Shown here one piece after another: positions 38,451 to 51,493 of a stretch of 64,000 nt of DNA (position 1 is the first letter of the stretch; each line of letters opens with the position of its first letter). The stretch comes from Podarcis gaigeae (lineage: Eukaryota), in the NCBI GenBank assembly GCA_964106915.2, contig OZ066916.1, one strand, 5' to 3'. The position numbers and the translations under genes were made by a program. Under the pieces are notes generated by a model. That model saw only the letters and a program-made list of their open reading frames with translations. It did no database searches and was not told the origin of the DNA.

Positions 38451-40486
38451 ATTGTTCTTGTCTCCAAGAACTCTCCTCAATTCCTGGAATCAGACTTCTC
38501 TCCCAAGAATCTCCATAAATCTTTAGACTTTAGATTAATGGAGGTGAAGGCTATCGTTGGCGACTAGCCATAATGGCTATGCTCTGCCTCAACAAACAGA
38601 GGCAATAATGCTTCTGAATACCAGTTGACCTGATCCAGAATGGCTTCTCTCATGTTCTTGCATCCAAGTACATCTCAATTTCAAACCGGTTGTCTCCTTG
38701 AATTCTATCAGAAATGGAATTACCCAAGAGAAGCAACGACAAAACTATAAAGTTATGTGAGATCAGATGGACATTGTGCTGTGCTGCCAATGATTAAAAC
38801 TATTAACCTCAAAGAGAATTTTTATGAGGTCATGTGGAAAGCATGTGCAGGAAGTTGGAGAGCCATCCTGTAGCAAGTCTCGTATTGACTGATAACATTT
38901 CAGAGAAGTACTTTCCCCTTGAACTCACATGGCATGGCTCCTTTGCTTGTGAGGTCCTGTAAACAGGGTACAAGTTGCTTAGGATCTCCTTGGGAAAAAC
39001 AGGTCCAAAGGAGAGCAAGTCTTCTTAGTTCTTGCAGAGGAGTAGTTTAAATAAGTAAACAAGGAGATGGAAGGAGAGAGAGAGAGGTCTCTCTGCTTTA
39101 TCTCTCCTGTCACTTAAGGGCTGCTTTGTATGCTACATTTCCCTTGCAATGCAATATTAAATGTTTCCCCACTTCCATGAGGGATTGAATGGTCCAGCAC
39201 TGAGTTTCCTCTGGAGCAATGAGCCCTGGAGGCTTATAGTGTTCCCATAGTATTTCCTTTATTTACATATTGGAAGGAATGAGGCACTCCTTCAGCAGGC
39301 AGAAAATCCCATTGGAGTTCCATGATTGATTGATTGATTGATTGATTGGATTTAATCCATTTCTATCCTACCTTTCTCCCAAGTTGGGATTCAAGGCAGC
39401 TTGCAACATTTAAAAACATCAGTTATAAAATATGAAATAATAAAACAAACTAGTTATAAACAATAATTAAAATACACCACAACATATCTAAAAACAGCAA
39501 TTAAAAAATAAAGATGAAGTACCTCCAGCTAACACATCATTCTGAAAACCACATTTTGTCCCGCTCTTAGTGTATCCCAAAATGTCCTTCCACTGTTGTT
39601 GCACACCAACTCCCAGCAGCCTCAGCCATCATGGGCAATGGTCAGGGATGATGGGAGTTGTAGTCCAGCAAAAACTGGAGGGCCACACTCACAGTATGGA
39701 ATAGTAACTGCTTCTTTCCCTGACTGGCCCTAGATGTTTGCCCGGCAAGAGACTATTATCAGGCTGCTTCTGTGTGAGCTTCTAAAGTCTTGTCTGAGAG
39801 GAGGCCTAGAGTCTGCAGCTACAAGAATCTGCTGGTTTCTGCTATCTCTCCCAGTGCAACATGGGCGGTGGAGGTGCTGAGGCACCTGGATGGATGCCTT
39901 ATGTGAAAAGTTGGGCCTACCGAGTTCCATAGCTGCCATTCAACCATTTTTGTCATCCTGCCATTCAACCATTTTTGTGCCTTGATCTGAGGCTTCCCTG
40001 GGTGGGTAAGGCACAGGCCCTGCTGGTGTGCAAATCAGTGTTGTAACTGGTGGGAGCGTTGACATGGAAGCTAGGGGAGTGACTGCCAGGGTTGTTTTGC
40101 TATCTCCTGTTTCTGCTGGTAATTGTCTTGCTCGAGGCAAAACAACTTTGCTGCTAGGAGGGCCCAGGATCATTGTGATGTGATGCCAGGGGCTAACACC
40201 AGCATTGCTTTGACTTGGGTGTGGGATTGCAGTGATTGACCTCTTATCTGCCGCTTCTTGGAATTGATTTGGAATGAGATGTACCCAAACGGTACTGCTG
40301 GGCTTAACTTATTTTTCAGATGTTTCTAATACTTAGGTAATATAGCCATTATGATTAGTAGTTCCTGATAACATTACCCTCCCTGAATTAATCTACTCCC
40401 CTTTGATATCTGCCTGCATTGGCAGCCACCGCTACATCTTGAAGGAGCCAATTCTGTAGCTTAGCTATGCCCTGTGCAAAGAAGTA

Positions 40487-40746
40487 CCGTATTTTTGGCT
40501 CTATAAGATGCACCAGACCATAAGAAGCACCTAGTTTTTGGAGGAGGAAAACAAGAAAGGAAATATTTTGAATCCCAGAAGCCAGAACAGCAAGAGGGAT
40601 CTCTGTGCAGTGAAAGCAATGGACCCCTCTTGCTGTTCTGGCTTCTGGGATAGCTGCGCAGCCTACGTTCGCTCCATAAGACGCACACACATTTCCCCTT
40701 ACTTTTTAGTAGGGAAAAAGTGTGTCTTATAGAGTGAAAAATACAG
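40487..40746. mobile_element. pogo/Tc1-like MITE inserted in an old CR1
   Basis: TA|CCGTATTTTTGGCTCTATAAGA...TCTTATAGAGTGAAAAATACAG|TA, with an internal ~25-bp inverted repeat at 40572-40651. Confidence 0.88.
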
Positions 40747-41171
40747 TACTTCTTGCCTGACTCTCCCACTGTTCAGCTTCATTGGGACAACCCCTGGTTC
40801 TAGGATTATGAGAAGGGGAGAAAAATGCCTCCCTATCCAATTTCTCTGCACCTTGAATAATTTTATACACAAATAGTAATTCCAGCTTTTCATAGCCTCT
40901 GATCTACTGCAATTATTCTTTCAGCCCAAACATACACAGGAAACCCTGCCACAACAAAGAGAAAAGCCACAAGAGGTAGATCATATTAGGAAATGTTTAT
41001 TTATTTCCCCCCGTTCCTCCAAATCTCTTATAAAATGAAAGGAGGAAATGCAGTTAAATCCTATGAAAACATTCCCTGTCTATGAAGAACGTTATTTTCT
41101 GTCCATTCTTTTCTTAGAGTTCTAGCATCCCTGAAGTCAGTCCCAACAAAGACTGAGCTGAGTCAGATCCA

Positions 41172-41551
41172 TGTTGTCCTGCAGAACCCAGTCTCAGAGC
41201 ACTGAGAGACTTCAGGGACCCCTGCTGCTCTCCATTCCAAGTGTGGTGAAATATACTCAGAGTCCTGTAGTGATTTCATGCTCTTTATTGCAGCTTGTAA
41301 AACAGTGATTGAATTGCCCCCAAACCTCAGGCTTTTATATACATTATTTACACAATGAGTCCCATCTAATTGGCTGATTCTGCTTCCCTCCTGGAAGGCC
41401 AATGAGTTGTTGCATTCTACGATCCTACCGGCCTAATAGGCTGATTAACTTCTTCCTGGAGCCTGATTGGTCTTCTCCTGCAAGCCAATCAGTTGTTGCA
41501 TTCTAGGATCCTACTTGCCTATTGTTCTAGGTCCAAGGTTAGTACATAGCA
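41172..41551 (-). mobile_element. Solo-LTR-like element
   Basis: TG...CA ends. On the minus strand, repeated CCAAT boxes are followed by TATATAAAAG (41333) and then AATAAA (41284). No TSD. Confidence 0.6.
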
Positions 41552-41711
41552 GGTGGTCTCACCAGAAATTTGTATAACAGCATTATGATTGTGGCAGTTT
41601 TATTTTCAACCCCTTTCCTAATGATCCGTAGCATGGAATTCAGCTTTTTCACAGCTGCTCTGCTCTAGAATCTCCTGACTTTGCCTTTGTTATAGTTGTG
41701 GCCACTACTTG

Positions 41712-41849
41712 TTTCTGGGGGTACACAGGGGTATGCATGCCCCTAAACATTTTGTGAATCTAAGTTTGTCCTCATTGAGGGGCAGTATTTCAATATGAGT
41801 AGGAAAATGAGAGTACCTCTAAGCATTTTTTAAAAAGAAAAAAAGCACT
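41712..41849. mobile_element. hAT-like MITE related to 38398-38450
   Basis: Same AAAAAAAGCACTG terminus and GTAC-containing subterminal motifs. Confidence 0.6.
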
Positions 41850-43408
41850 GGTTGTGGCAATTTTGTTGTCTCCTGCCCCCAGTGTGATTTGTGAAGAAGG
41901 CAGGTGCCACTTCCAGCAGTGGCCACAACTTGCTAGGGGCTGATGAAAGCTGTGGTCCAAAACATACGGAGAAGGCCAGAATACTGATCCAGACAAACAG
42001 CCCCAGTTAACTCACTTATACTGGAGGGGGAAATGGTTACAGTAATGTTTGATAACATCTCCCGCTTGGTGCTACTTCATTTTACAGCTATTTATAGTCA
42101 ACATGGGTTTGAACCCTCCCCTGGTGATACCATCTCAAGAATGCAAGAAGCACTTTACCTTTAAGTATCCTTCTGAGGACAGAACTCCAAGTTGCAAGGC
42201 AACAGAGATAACAGTTATCAGATGAATTTGATGTTGTCTCCAGATGCTGGAAGCATCGGATTGGTTTGAAAGATCTGGAAGATTTCCACATCAGTGGAAA
42301 ACAAATGGAAAGAAGCTCCCAACTAGCCAGATTAAATGGAGTTAAAGAACATCTTTAAAAGGTTTTAAAATGTTAGAGCTATGCAGCCAGACTTGATGTT
42401 TCTATTTTGGGGAGAGGGAGGGGAAATGTTTTCCAAAACGGAATATTTGCAGAGTTCAAGAATTGGCTTTGAATGAAACCTGGGGGTGAAGTAATGGGTA
42501 ATGCCAATGGTCATCTCATGGGGGGGGGGGGACCTAGCATCTGAGGGTTTCATTCTCATGTTGAGCTTTGCAAATATCACTCAGGAGTAAAGAAATCACA
42601 TTACAATCACAGGAATGGTGTGGGAAAAAAGCTTTCCTTGCTCTATTTTGTTACTCAGTTGAACCAAGATTTAAGTAAATGTTAAACAACAACATAATAA
42701 AATAAAAGAGGGTTGGATTCCAACACTGCTGGAGTTTCCATGCAGGAAAACTATGAATGGTGATATTCCATTACCCTCATTTCTATTAAATGTGATGGTA
42801 CTGAGCAAAAATGTAGCTATTTTTCTTCAAGAGTGTTGCATATGCTGTATGGCATTTGCCCTGTGTATCACAGCCTGTCTAGATGAAGTTTAACTCCAAA
42901 CCTTTATGTGATGCTCCAAAACCAGCCAACAAGGAATGGGTACCTTTGAGTTGCCCACTTCAATGAAATACCACCCAACTGGCAGAAACTAATGGAGGCT
43001 GCCACAATGGCAGTGATGAGCAGAGGATAACATCTGATTTAATTGACTGTGTGGGTTTTATTCTTTATTTATTACTAGATTTATATACCGCCCTTCATCA
43101 AAAGATCTCAGGGCAGTTCACAAGATTATCATGCTAATAATACACAGCAGCACTTTATAGTACTTAAAGAGAGGGTTTTAAAAATCAGTTTTGTGCAAGC
43201 ACAGATTCAAGATTTCCTGCAGTATGTGATATAGGGAGGCATTATTAGCTAGTTTAAATGAGAGGGAAATGAACCACAGTTTAGTTTATTGTGTGTTTAC
43301 ATATTACTTCACACACCCAAAAGAAGTCCTGGAGCGATTTACAGGACAATAAAATACAGGATACGATATGTAAAAAGAAATTCATGGAGACAGTGCAAAT
43401 ACATAAAT

Positions 43409-44402
43409 GTTGTTGTTGTTTAGTCGTTTAGTCGTGTCCGACTCTTCGTGACCCCATGGACCAGAGCACGCCAGGCACTCCTGTCTTCTACTGCCTCCTG
43501 CAGTTTGGTCAGACTCATGTTTGTGGCTTCGAGAACACTGTCCAACCATCTCGTCCTCTGTCATCCCCTTCTCCTTGTGCCCTCCATCTTTCCCAACATC
43601 AGGGTCTTTTCTAGGGAGTCTTCTCTTCTCATGAGGTGGCCAAAGTATTGGAGCCTCAGCTTCAGGGATCTGTCCTTCCAGTGAGCACTCAGGGCTGATT
43701 TCCTTAAGAATGGATGCGTTTGATCTTCTTGTAGTCCATGGGACTCTCAAGAGTCTCCTCCAGCACCATAATTCAAAAGCATCAATTTTTTGCCACTCTT
43801 TTGTTGACTATGAGGGCCACTCCATTTCTTTTACGGGATTCTTGCCCACAGTAGTAGATATGATGGTCATCCAAACTGAATTCGCCCATTCACATCCATT
43901 TTAGTTCACTGATGCCCAGGATGTCAATATTTATTCTTGCCATCTCATTTTTGACCACATCCAACTTACCAAGGTTCATGGTTCTTACTTTCCAGGTCCC
44001 TATGCAATATTTTTCTTTACAGCATTGGACTTTCCTTTTGCTTCCAGGCATATCCACAACTGAGCGTCGTTTCGGCTTTGGCCCAGCCGCTTCATCAGCT
44101 CTGAATCTACTTGTACTTGTCCTCTGCTCTTCCTCAGTAGCATGTTGGACGCCTTCCAACCTGAGGGGCTCATCTTCCAGCATCATGACTTTTATATGCC
44201 TGTTGTCTTTGTCCATGGAGTTTTCTTGGCAGGGATACTGGAGTGGCTTGCCGGCTCCTGCTCCAGGTCAAACTCTCCTGCTCCAGGTCAAAACTCTCCA
44301 CTATGACCTGTCCATCTTGGGTGGCCATGCACGGCATAGTTCATAGCTTCTCTGAGTTATTCAAGCCCCTTCACCACGGCAAGGCAGTGATCCATGAAGG
44401 GG
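43409..44402 (-). mobile_element. Internally deleted BovB with both termini
   Basis: RTE 5' end CACTGCCTTGCCGTGGTGAAGGGGCTTG, endonuclease start IGTWKVRTMNLGKLDVVKNEMARINIDILGISELKW, 3' end RVPWTTRRSNASILKEI and (CAA)n tail. TSD ACATAAAT. Confidence 0.93.
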
Positions 44403-45671
44403 ACATAAATATTAAAATTGTTAAAAGTAAAGGGGGGGGGGGAGTGTCACCACAGGCCTGAAAATTAGCGCTCTCCAAATGTGCAGGAGAATAAAAATAT
44501 ATTTGTCAATATAATAGCAAAGTTAGCAACAGGTAAGATTCCTTGGGGAGAGTGTTGCACCATCAAGCAGCTACCACAGCAAAATTATAAAGCTACACTC
44601 AGGAATTGACTGACCAGGAACAAGACCTCAAGGTTGTAGCTCAGGGAGAGTGTCAACCTAGTGTGGTAGCTGTGGATGGAAAAATAAAACTTCTGACATA
44701 ATGTCTGAAATCTAAGGTGCTGCCACATTTGGAATACTGTGCACAATTCTGACTACCTCCCCTTCCAAAATGATTTTGTAGGGTTGGAAAAGGTTCAGAG
44801 AAGAACGATCAGAATGATCAAGAGTGGGGAAATTCCCCTACGACACAAGGTTGCAGCATTCAGGACTTCTTCCAATAGGTGCTTCTTGCAGCAGGAAGTA
44901 CAGGCTCGGAGGCCGGGGGGTGGGAGCCAGTGATTCACTGTGTCTTTCAACAGGTGTGTGGCTAGCACAAATTAAACAGTGCAAGCCTTTTCTAGTATGG
45001 AAATGCATGCACCTGTTGAAACGATGTCTGCCAGACATCTTTTTACCTGTGTGTGGTCCTGATGTATTTTTGAGCACCACAGCTTGTTACATTTCCAATG
45101 CTGTTAAAAAACGGCCACGGATGTTTGTTTTTTTAAATTCAAACCAAACTAGTCCCCTTTGGGGCACAATGAACTTGAACTGCAGCTAGTTCCTTTTTAA
45201 AACGAACTTTCCTAGCACTGGCTAGAGACCATGGGCTGCCAAGGCTTTTGTGGGCATATTTTGCCAAGTGTCATGGACACTGGCCCCTTCCCCTTCACCT
45301 ACAGAAAGGAGCTATGCTGTGGTAGGGGGGAAATGTATGGATAAGTAAATGACAGGAGTAGTAAGGGGACCTTTATTTATTTAGTACATTTTATACTCCC
45401 CCCCTTTTCATGCGACATGGGAACCAAGATTGTGTACATGTGGTTCCTAGGCATTCTACCATCCTAGCACTAATCAGACCCAGATTTGCTTAATTTCAGA
45501 AAGGCAGTATCATGTATCCTCAGCCCATGCCCTTGTTCTTCTCTGTGCACAGTATTATCATTGTATTTATGTGCCCTTTTAGTTGCCACTGCATTGTAGG
45601 GTGTGAACATTTATGATAAGCTGCTTTGCGTGCTGTTTCCAGAAAAGCAGCATATACATTTGCCAAGTATA

Positions 45672-46128
45672 AAGGTTCCCCCCACTTACGTGGGGGCTAC
45701 ATTCTGGGGTGCCACGTGCGTAAGTGAAAATCAGTTAAGTTGGAAGCACCCTCTAAAAAGCCTCTAAACACCTGTTTTTCCCCTGCTCTCCAGTTCTCTC
45801 CACACAACTCTCTCTTCCACCAGAGCTGAAGCACTGGGGTCGGCTGGAGGCCACGCAGGAAAGTTGCTGCTGCTGCACTACCCCATAGAGCAGCTGCTAG
45901 GCAGGGAGGCTGAGCAGTATAAACAAAACTCTGCTGTGCCTCAGGTCTTTTCAGGACTTCCTCCACCCTCGCTGACATCCTCTTCAGGTTCTGGGGAGGG
46001 TCTCCTCTTGAGCCACGAGGACTCTCCAGCTCTCTCCCACCATTTTCTGGTTTGAATCTCTTTTCCAGCACCAAGCCTATATATGCGGTCACATGCAAGT
46101 AGGTTGTGCATAAGCGGGGTGACACCTG
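45672..46128. mobile_element. Tigger-like non-autonomous element
   Basis: Imperfect TIRs AAGGTTCCCCCCACTTACG and (reverse complement) CAGGTGTCACCCCGCTTATG, flanked by TA. Confidence 0.65.
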
Positions 46129-47085
46129 TATAAGAACAGCCTGCTGGATCAGGCCAATGGCCCATCTAGTCCAGTACTCGGTTCCCACAGTGGCAGACCA
46201 GATGCCTTTGTGAAACCTAGAAGTAAATGAATGAATGGGAGCCTTGAAAGACAAACATTTCCCCAGCCATTAAGGCTGGAAAGAAAAAGAGATTCTTGGG
46301 AACACAGGTTCCGTATCAGATTCTGGATTTTGCACCCATGAAATTACTTTGGACAAATAGCTCTGTCTGAGGCTGTTTTGGAAATATGCTCTGGCATGAG
46401 AAGCATTAGGTTTATTCCTTTGAAATCCTGGCTGACATCTTGCTGCTTTCCTTGGAAGTTTTCTTTTTGAACTTGAAATAATTATGTTTCCTACATTGGA
46501 ATGAGTCTACCACCCATGACCAGTCTTGGGTCCTGAACAGTACACTTGCTGCTGCTTTATATATTTTCTTTCCTGGTTTCTAAACTTTTGAAAGCTGGCT
46601 AGTGTTTTCATGTCCTAATCTAAGGCTTATTGGTTTAAACTCACGTTTGGACAGCACTCTGTTTGTTCATTGGGGATTCTCTGAAGTTGTTAAAATATTC
46701 CAAATGGGACAAAGCAGTGGAAACATAAATTCAGTCACAAAAAATATACAGTGAGATGAACAGAAATGCTTTTTTTAATGTTTTAAAATAACAGTGATAT
46801 TTAATGTTGAGCCCAGGGTTGTAACAGTATCTGAATTCCCTTTAATTAATGAAGCAAGGGGCAGTTCTGGAACATTTTGCAGATCCAAAAAAAGGGTTCC
46901 TGTGCTATTAATAGCTGTATAAGAGGCATCATGTTGTGACCAAATGTCTTAGTCTAATGAGCTCAAAAATAGGAGTATCCTAAGGCCTGGTGTTTACAGA
47001 ATGCAGGAGAAACTGGGGCTGTGGGAGAGAAATACACAAGTACCTAGCTCCCCCCCCTTTTTACTCCCACACTAAGTGTGCTCTG

Positions 47086-47329
47086 GGGAAGCAGGTGGCA
47101 CTGTGGGTTAAACCACAGAGCCTAGGACTTGCTGATCAGAAGGTCGGTGGTTCGAATCCCCGCGACGGGGTGAGCTCCCGTTGCTTGGTCCCTGCTCCTG
47201 CCAACCTAGCAGTTTGAAAGCACATCAAAGTGCAAGTAGATAAATAGGTACCGCTCCAGCGGGAAGGTAAATGGCATTTCCGTGCGCTGCTCTAGTTCGC
47301 CAGAAGCGGCTAATGGTCAGGGGTCCCTT
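47086..47329 (+). mobile_element. Sauria SINE with internal deletion
   Basis: TSD TAAGTGTGCTCTG. Lacks about 95 bp relative to the 24308 copy. Confidence 0.92.
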
Positions 47330-48662
47330 TAAGTGTGCTCTGGGCTAAGAACAAACCTTGGCTACAGCCTACGGGTCATGTTTAGTGAGGGGTCAGATTA
47401 AACATGAGCCTGGGTTCGGATGACATGTTAAGACAAACCTTTGCATAGCTCAGTGTTGTAAATGAACAAAAAGAATCAGAGAGGACCAAAGAGACTACAA
47501 GCTCCTCTCTCATGTGATCCTCCAAAGCTATAGTTTCTGTCTTACCATGTTGTGTGAACCAGGCCTACATCTTGAATGACATCGGTTAGTCTGAAGGTGC
47601 AGGTGTATTGCTGAAACTATGCAGAGCTTGCCCTGTAGGCTAAAAGGAAGATTGTCTGGGAAATTATACACAAGCCATGCCGAGCCCTTCAGAGAAGGAT
47701 AGCTGGGGTGTATGCAAATAATAGAGGCCTATGGGGGGAAGAGGGGGGTGGGGCAAGCTGGAAAATAATCTTTATTGATTAGGATTCCACCACAATCACA
47801 CACACACAAATAGTAAACTACATTAATTATAACTATAATTATAATTATAATCTTCATCAACTCACTCTTCATCCTAAACTCATACATTAGCACTAAGCCA
47901 TAGTTTGGATCAACATGATGTACAAACCAGGCCAATATCTTGCCTACCACCATTGCACCCAAGCATAATGTTGATGCATGATAACTTCGTTCACTTTCAA
48001 GTGCTTGGGCAATCTAAAAAGCTGTTTAGAAACTGGGAAACAAGTGCTGGAATTTCCTTAAACTTTCTGGTCTCTTGTTTTGAATGCTAATGTATGTTTT
48101 CACAGGGTGTGAACTATTTATTTGGTTGCGGAACTTTCAATAAGTATTGTATTTTTAAAAAAATTAATTACATGGTTGTTTAAGCAAAACCACATGCATG
48201 GCCTCAGAAGAAACCTTTTAAAGACCTTAAAGTATCTCCTGTAATTTTCCAATGGAGATTGTGGAAGAATCCCAGTCATCTGCAACAAGCAGCTGAGTGG
48301 GCATGTTTTTCTTTAGTCACCCTTGAACGAATAACCTTCCCGGTTTTGGCAGACAACTGTTCTGTGGGTGATTTTTCCACCCTTTATGATACAAATCTCC
48401 TTCTGCTAGGACTACCTCACCCCACTCCAAAGCCCTGGGAAACAGCAGAAACATGCCGGAAGCAACAGAGAATCTGACGTGCTGACGGGATCTTTGCAGA
48501 CAGATTAGGTGAGATGATCAAATTACAATGGGACAATGCCTAATGGTACAAAAGCTAGAGTTTGGGGGAAAGAAGCAAATGCTGTTTAGTTGCATCAAAA
48601 TCACCAGCAGCCAAATATGGTGCAAGTGTGCAGATGGATGGGATGAGGGTGCCAGTGGAAGA

Positions 48663-48664
<2 letters not shown>

Positions 48665-48701
<37 letters not shown>

Positions 48702-49358
48702 TTTTTATTTATACCCCGCCCTCCCCAGCCAAGGCCGGGCTCAGAGTGGCTTACAAGCAATAATAAAAACAAGATGAATGATTACAACTTAAAAACAAAA
48801 ATAAAATACAACATTAAAATAATGGAACATTAAAATATTAAAATGTAGCCTCATCGCAGGAGAAGGAAAAGAAAGAAAGAGGAGAAGAAAAAAAAAAGAG
48901 AGAGAGAGAGGGAGGGAATCAAATTGGCTCCAAGCCAAAGGCCAGGCGGAACAACTCTGTCTTACAGGCCCTGCGGAAAGAAATCAGATCCTGCAGGGCC
49001 CTGGTCTCATGAGGCAGAGCGTTCCACCAGGCCGGAGCCAGAGTTGAAAAGGCCCTGGCTCTGGTTGAAGCCAATCTAACTTCTTTAGGGCCTGGGACCA
49101 CTAGGGTGTTATTATTTATGGACCTTGAGGCTCTCCGTGGGGCATACCAGGAGAGGCGGTCCCGTAGGTACGAGGGTCCTAGGCCGTGAAGGGCTTTAAA
49201 GGTCAAAAGCAGCACCTTAAATCTGACCCTGTACTCCACCGGGAGCCAGTGCAGCTTGAAAAGCACTGGGTGAATATGCTCCCATGGCAGAGACCCCGTG
49301 AGGAGCCTCACTGCAGCATTCTGCACCCGCTGGAGTTTCTGGGACAGCTTGAGGTACA
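48665..49358 (-). mobile_element. L2 LINE 3' fragment with open ORF2 C-terminus and (ATT)n tail
   Basis: Encodes QKLQRVQNAAVRLLTG...LHWLPVEYRVRFKVLLLTFKALHGLGPSYLRDRL...RAFSTLAPAWWNALP...FRRACKTELFRLAF. Confidence 0.93.
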
Positions 49359-49689
49359 TAAATTAAATGCAAGCGGGGGGGGGGGGGAGCATTCCAGAAA
49401 ATGTTGTGATGGACACAAGCATGAATCACTTTAACATTGATTAGCCCAGAGAAGGGAAGACTGTGGTTCTCCAGATAGGGATAGGAAGGAAGTCCCTTTG
49501 GTCTCTGCCAAAATGACCACAGTATATTCTAACACAGTTTTTTCTTTCATCCATCTTCTGGGTTTGCTTTCCATATGCTTTTCAATTTCTTGCCTCCTTG
49601 GAGTGCTCACTCATAGGCGTTTATTCCCAATGAAGGAAACTGGAATTAGCTGCTGCCTCCATGACAGGATTGCTATTGCTTCTATGGCT

Positions 49690-49796
49690 TCTATGCGGTT
49701 TTTATGTTGTATTGCAATTAAGTGTTTAAAATTTGCTGTTAGCTGCCTTGAGCCCAGGTTTCTGAACCGGGAAGGGCGGGGTATAAATAAAAAAAA

Positions 49797-49833
<37 letters not shown>
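49690..49833 (+). mobile_element. L2 3' tail with (ATT)n
   Basis: GCTGCCTTGAGCCC...GGGCGGGGTATAAATAAA(ATT)n. Confidence 0.8.
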
Positions 49834-49837
<4 letters not shown>

Positions 49838-50722
49838 CTAGCACCCTCTGCCATCTTTTTCTTCTTCCCCCTCCTCCCTGCCTTTATGGATATTGCGTCT
49901 GACTCTGGTGGTTTTAGTAAGGTAAGGGTGGCCCCTGCCCAACTGAGCCCCAACAAAATGGCTATTGGCACGCAATATCTAAAAATGGCAAGCCTGATGC
50001 CACCACTTATGAGATGCTGGGTAGAAACAAACGGCTATCACATCCCCACTGGCAGACATGATAGTGAAATGATAGTACCAGACCAAATGAACCTTTGTCT
50101 GATTCAGCAGGTAAGTTCTCAAATCCTGTCGCCCGATATATAAAAAAGATACTTGCATATAGTGTGGGGGAAATGGTGAGCTCTCAATGACAAAAGTGGT
50201 GCCTGCTGTGCTTAAAGAAGTGACCCTGTGACTGCTCCATCGTCCTGGGCTCTGGTGGTAGCGGCTGTGCAGCACTAGGCCCTCCTAGAGGAAACAGATT
50301 ATCTAGCTGGGACTGAATCAGTCCTGGTCACCCAGAGGGGGTGGACCATTAACAGGAGAGGGACAGGGGAAGTGCAACCCTGTTGATCTTGCTCACTCTC
50401 TCAGCAACTTTTGATACCATTGACCTGGAACATCTTGGTGAGTTGAGAGTGGGGCACTTGGTGCTCCACTTCTATCTATGGAAGTGGTTCCCCAGATGTT
50501 GTTGGACTACAACTCCCATCATCCCTGAGCTCTGGCCTTGCTAGCTAGGGGGTGATGGGAGGTGTAGTCCAACAACATCTGGGGACCCACAGGTTGAGAA
50601 AGGCTGATCTACAGGGTTGGTTCCAGAGAATGGCACTGGTTGACTTTATCCTAGCCCACCCGGCAGTTACCTGTGATAAGTATATGCAACAGAACCTGCC
50701 ATGCTTTGGAATACAAATGCTC

Positions 50723-50728
50723 TTTATT
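50723..50728 (-). promoter_or_regulatory. Candidate polyadenylation signal for KCNK17
   Basis: AATAAA on the minus strand about 500 nt downstream of the stop codon. Confidence 0.4.
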
Positions 50729-51230
50729 AAAGGCAAGGACTGTGGCAGCATCTGCTCAGCCTTCTATTGGGCAAATAACCCTACAAAGTCACTAGGTTGC
50801 AATACCACAGCAGCATTTTGAGCAGTGGTTAATAGGTGAGACAGTCACTTCACATTTTTCCTACACAGAAATAACCTTGATATAGGGGGGAAACCTCCCA
50901 CACATTGCCATAATTGTACAGTGATGTTCATGGTTTTCCAACTCCCACGCTTGCAGTGATGTAAAAGCCCTTCAGCTAAGATGGCACAGGCCCTATTATT
51001 CCTCTGACACAGAGATTCATCTCCACGTAGAAAGGAAATCATATGTAAGGCAGTCCTTGAACAACTCAACGAGCAGACTTTGATTTCCACTCTGGTCCGA
51101 GTTGGATGATCTTACATAGCCACACTTCTGCCAGTGCCACAAAATGGTGCTCTGGTGATGGGCTGCCCAGCTGGATGTTTCCCTCCAGCAAAAGCCAAAA
51201 TACTTTGGTGGAATAAAGCATATATGCCAT

Positions 51231-51493
51231 TCAATTTGGCTCCGCAGGCTTGGTGTCCTTTGTGCTGCAGTTCTGCCCATCTTTAGATTCCAAAGTGACA
51301 TTTGGGTTGCCACTTATTAACTCTTGCTCTGCGTCTCTGCTCCTTCTCTTGCAGCACCGGCAGAGGCCACTGGAGTTCTCTAGCAAGCTGATGCACAGAT
51401 TGATGATCAGGGCTAGCCAAGCCATCCCAAAGAGAATCCACAGAGACACCACATTCTTATACCAGGATGGGTAGGTACGCTCAGGGTTCATGC
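51231..51493 (-). CDS. KCNK17: KCNK17 last coding exon (M4 and C-terminus, stop codon)
   Basis: Translates (G)MNPERTYPSWYKNVVSLWILFGMAWLALIINLCISLLE...KPAEPN*. Acceptor TTTCCATAG|. The WYKN.VSLWILFGMAWLALII motif fits KCNK17 better than KCNK16 or KCNK5. Confidence 0.92.
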
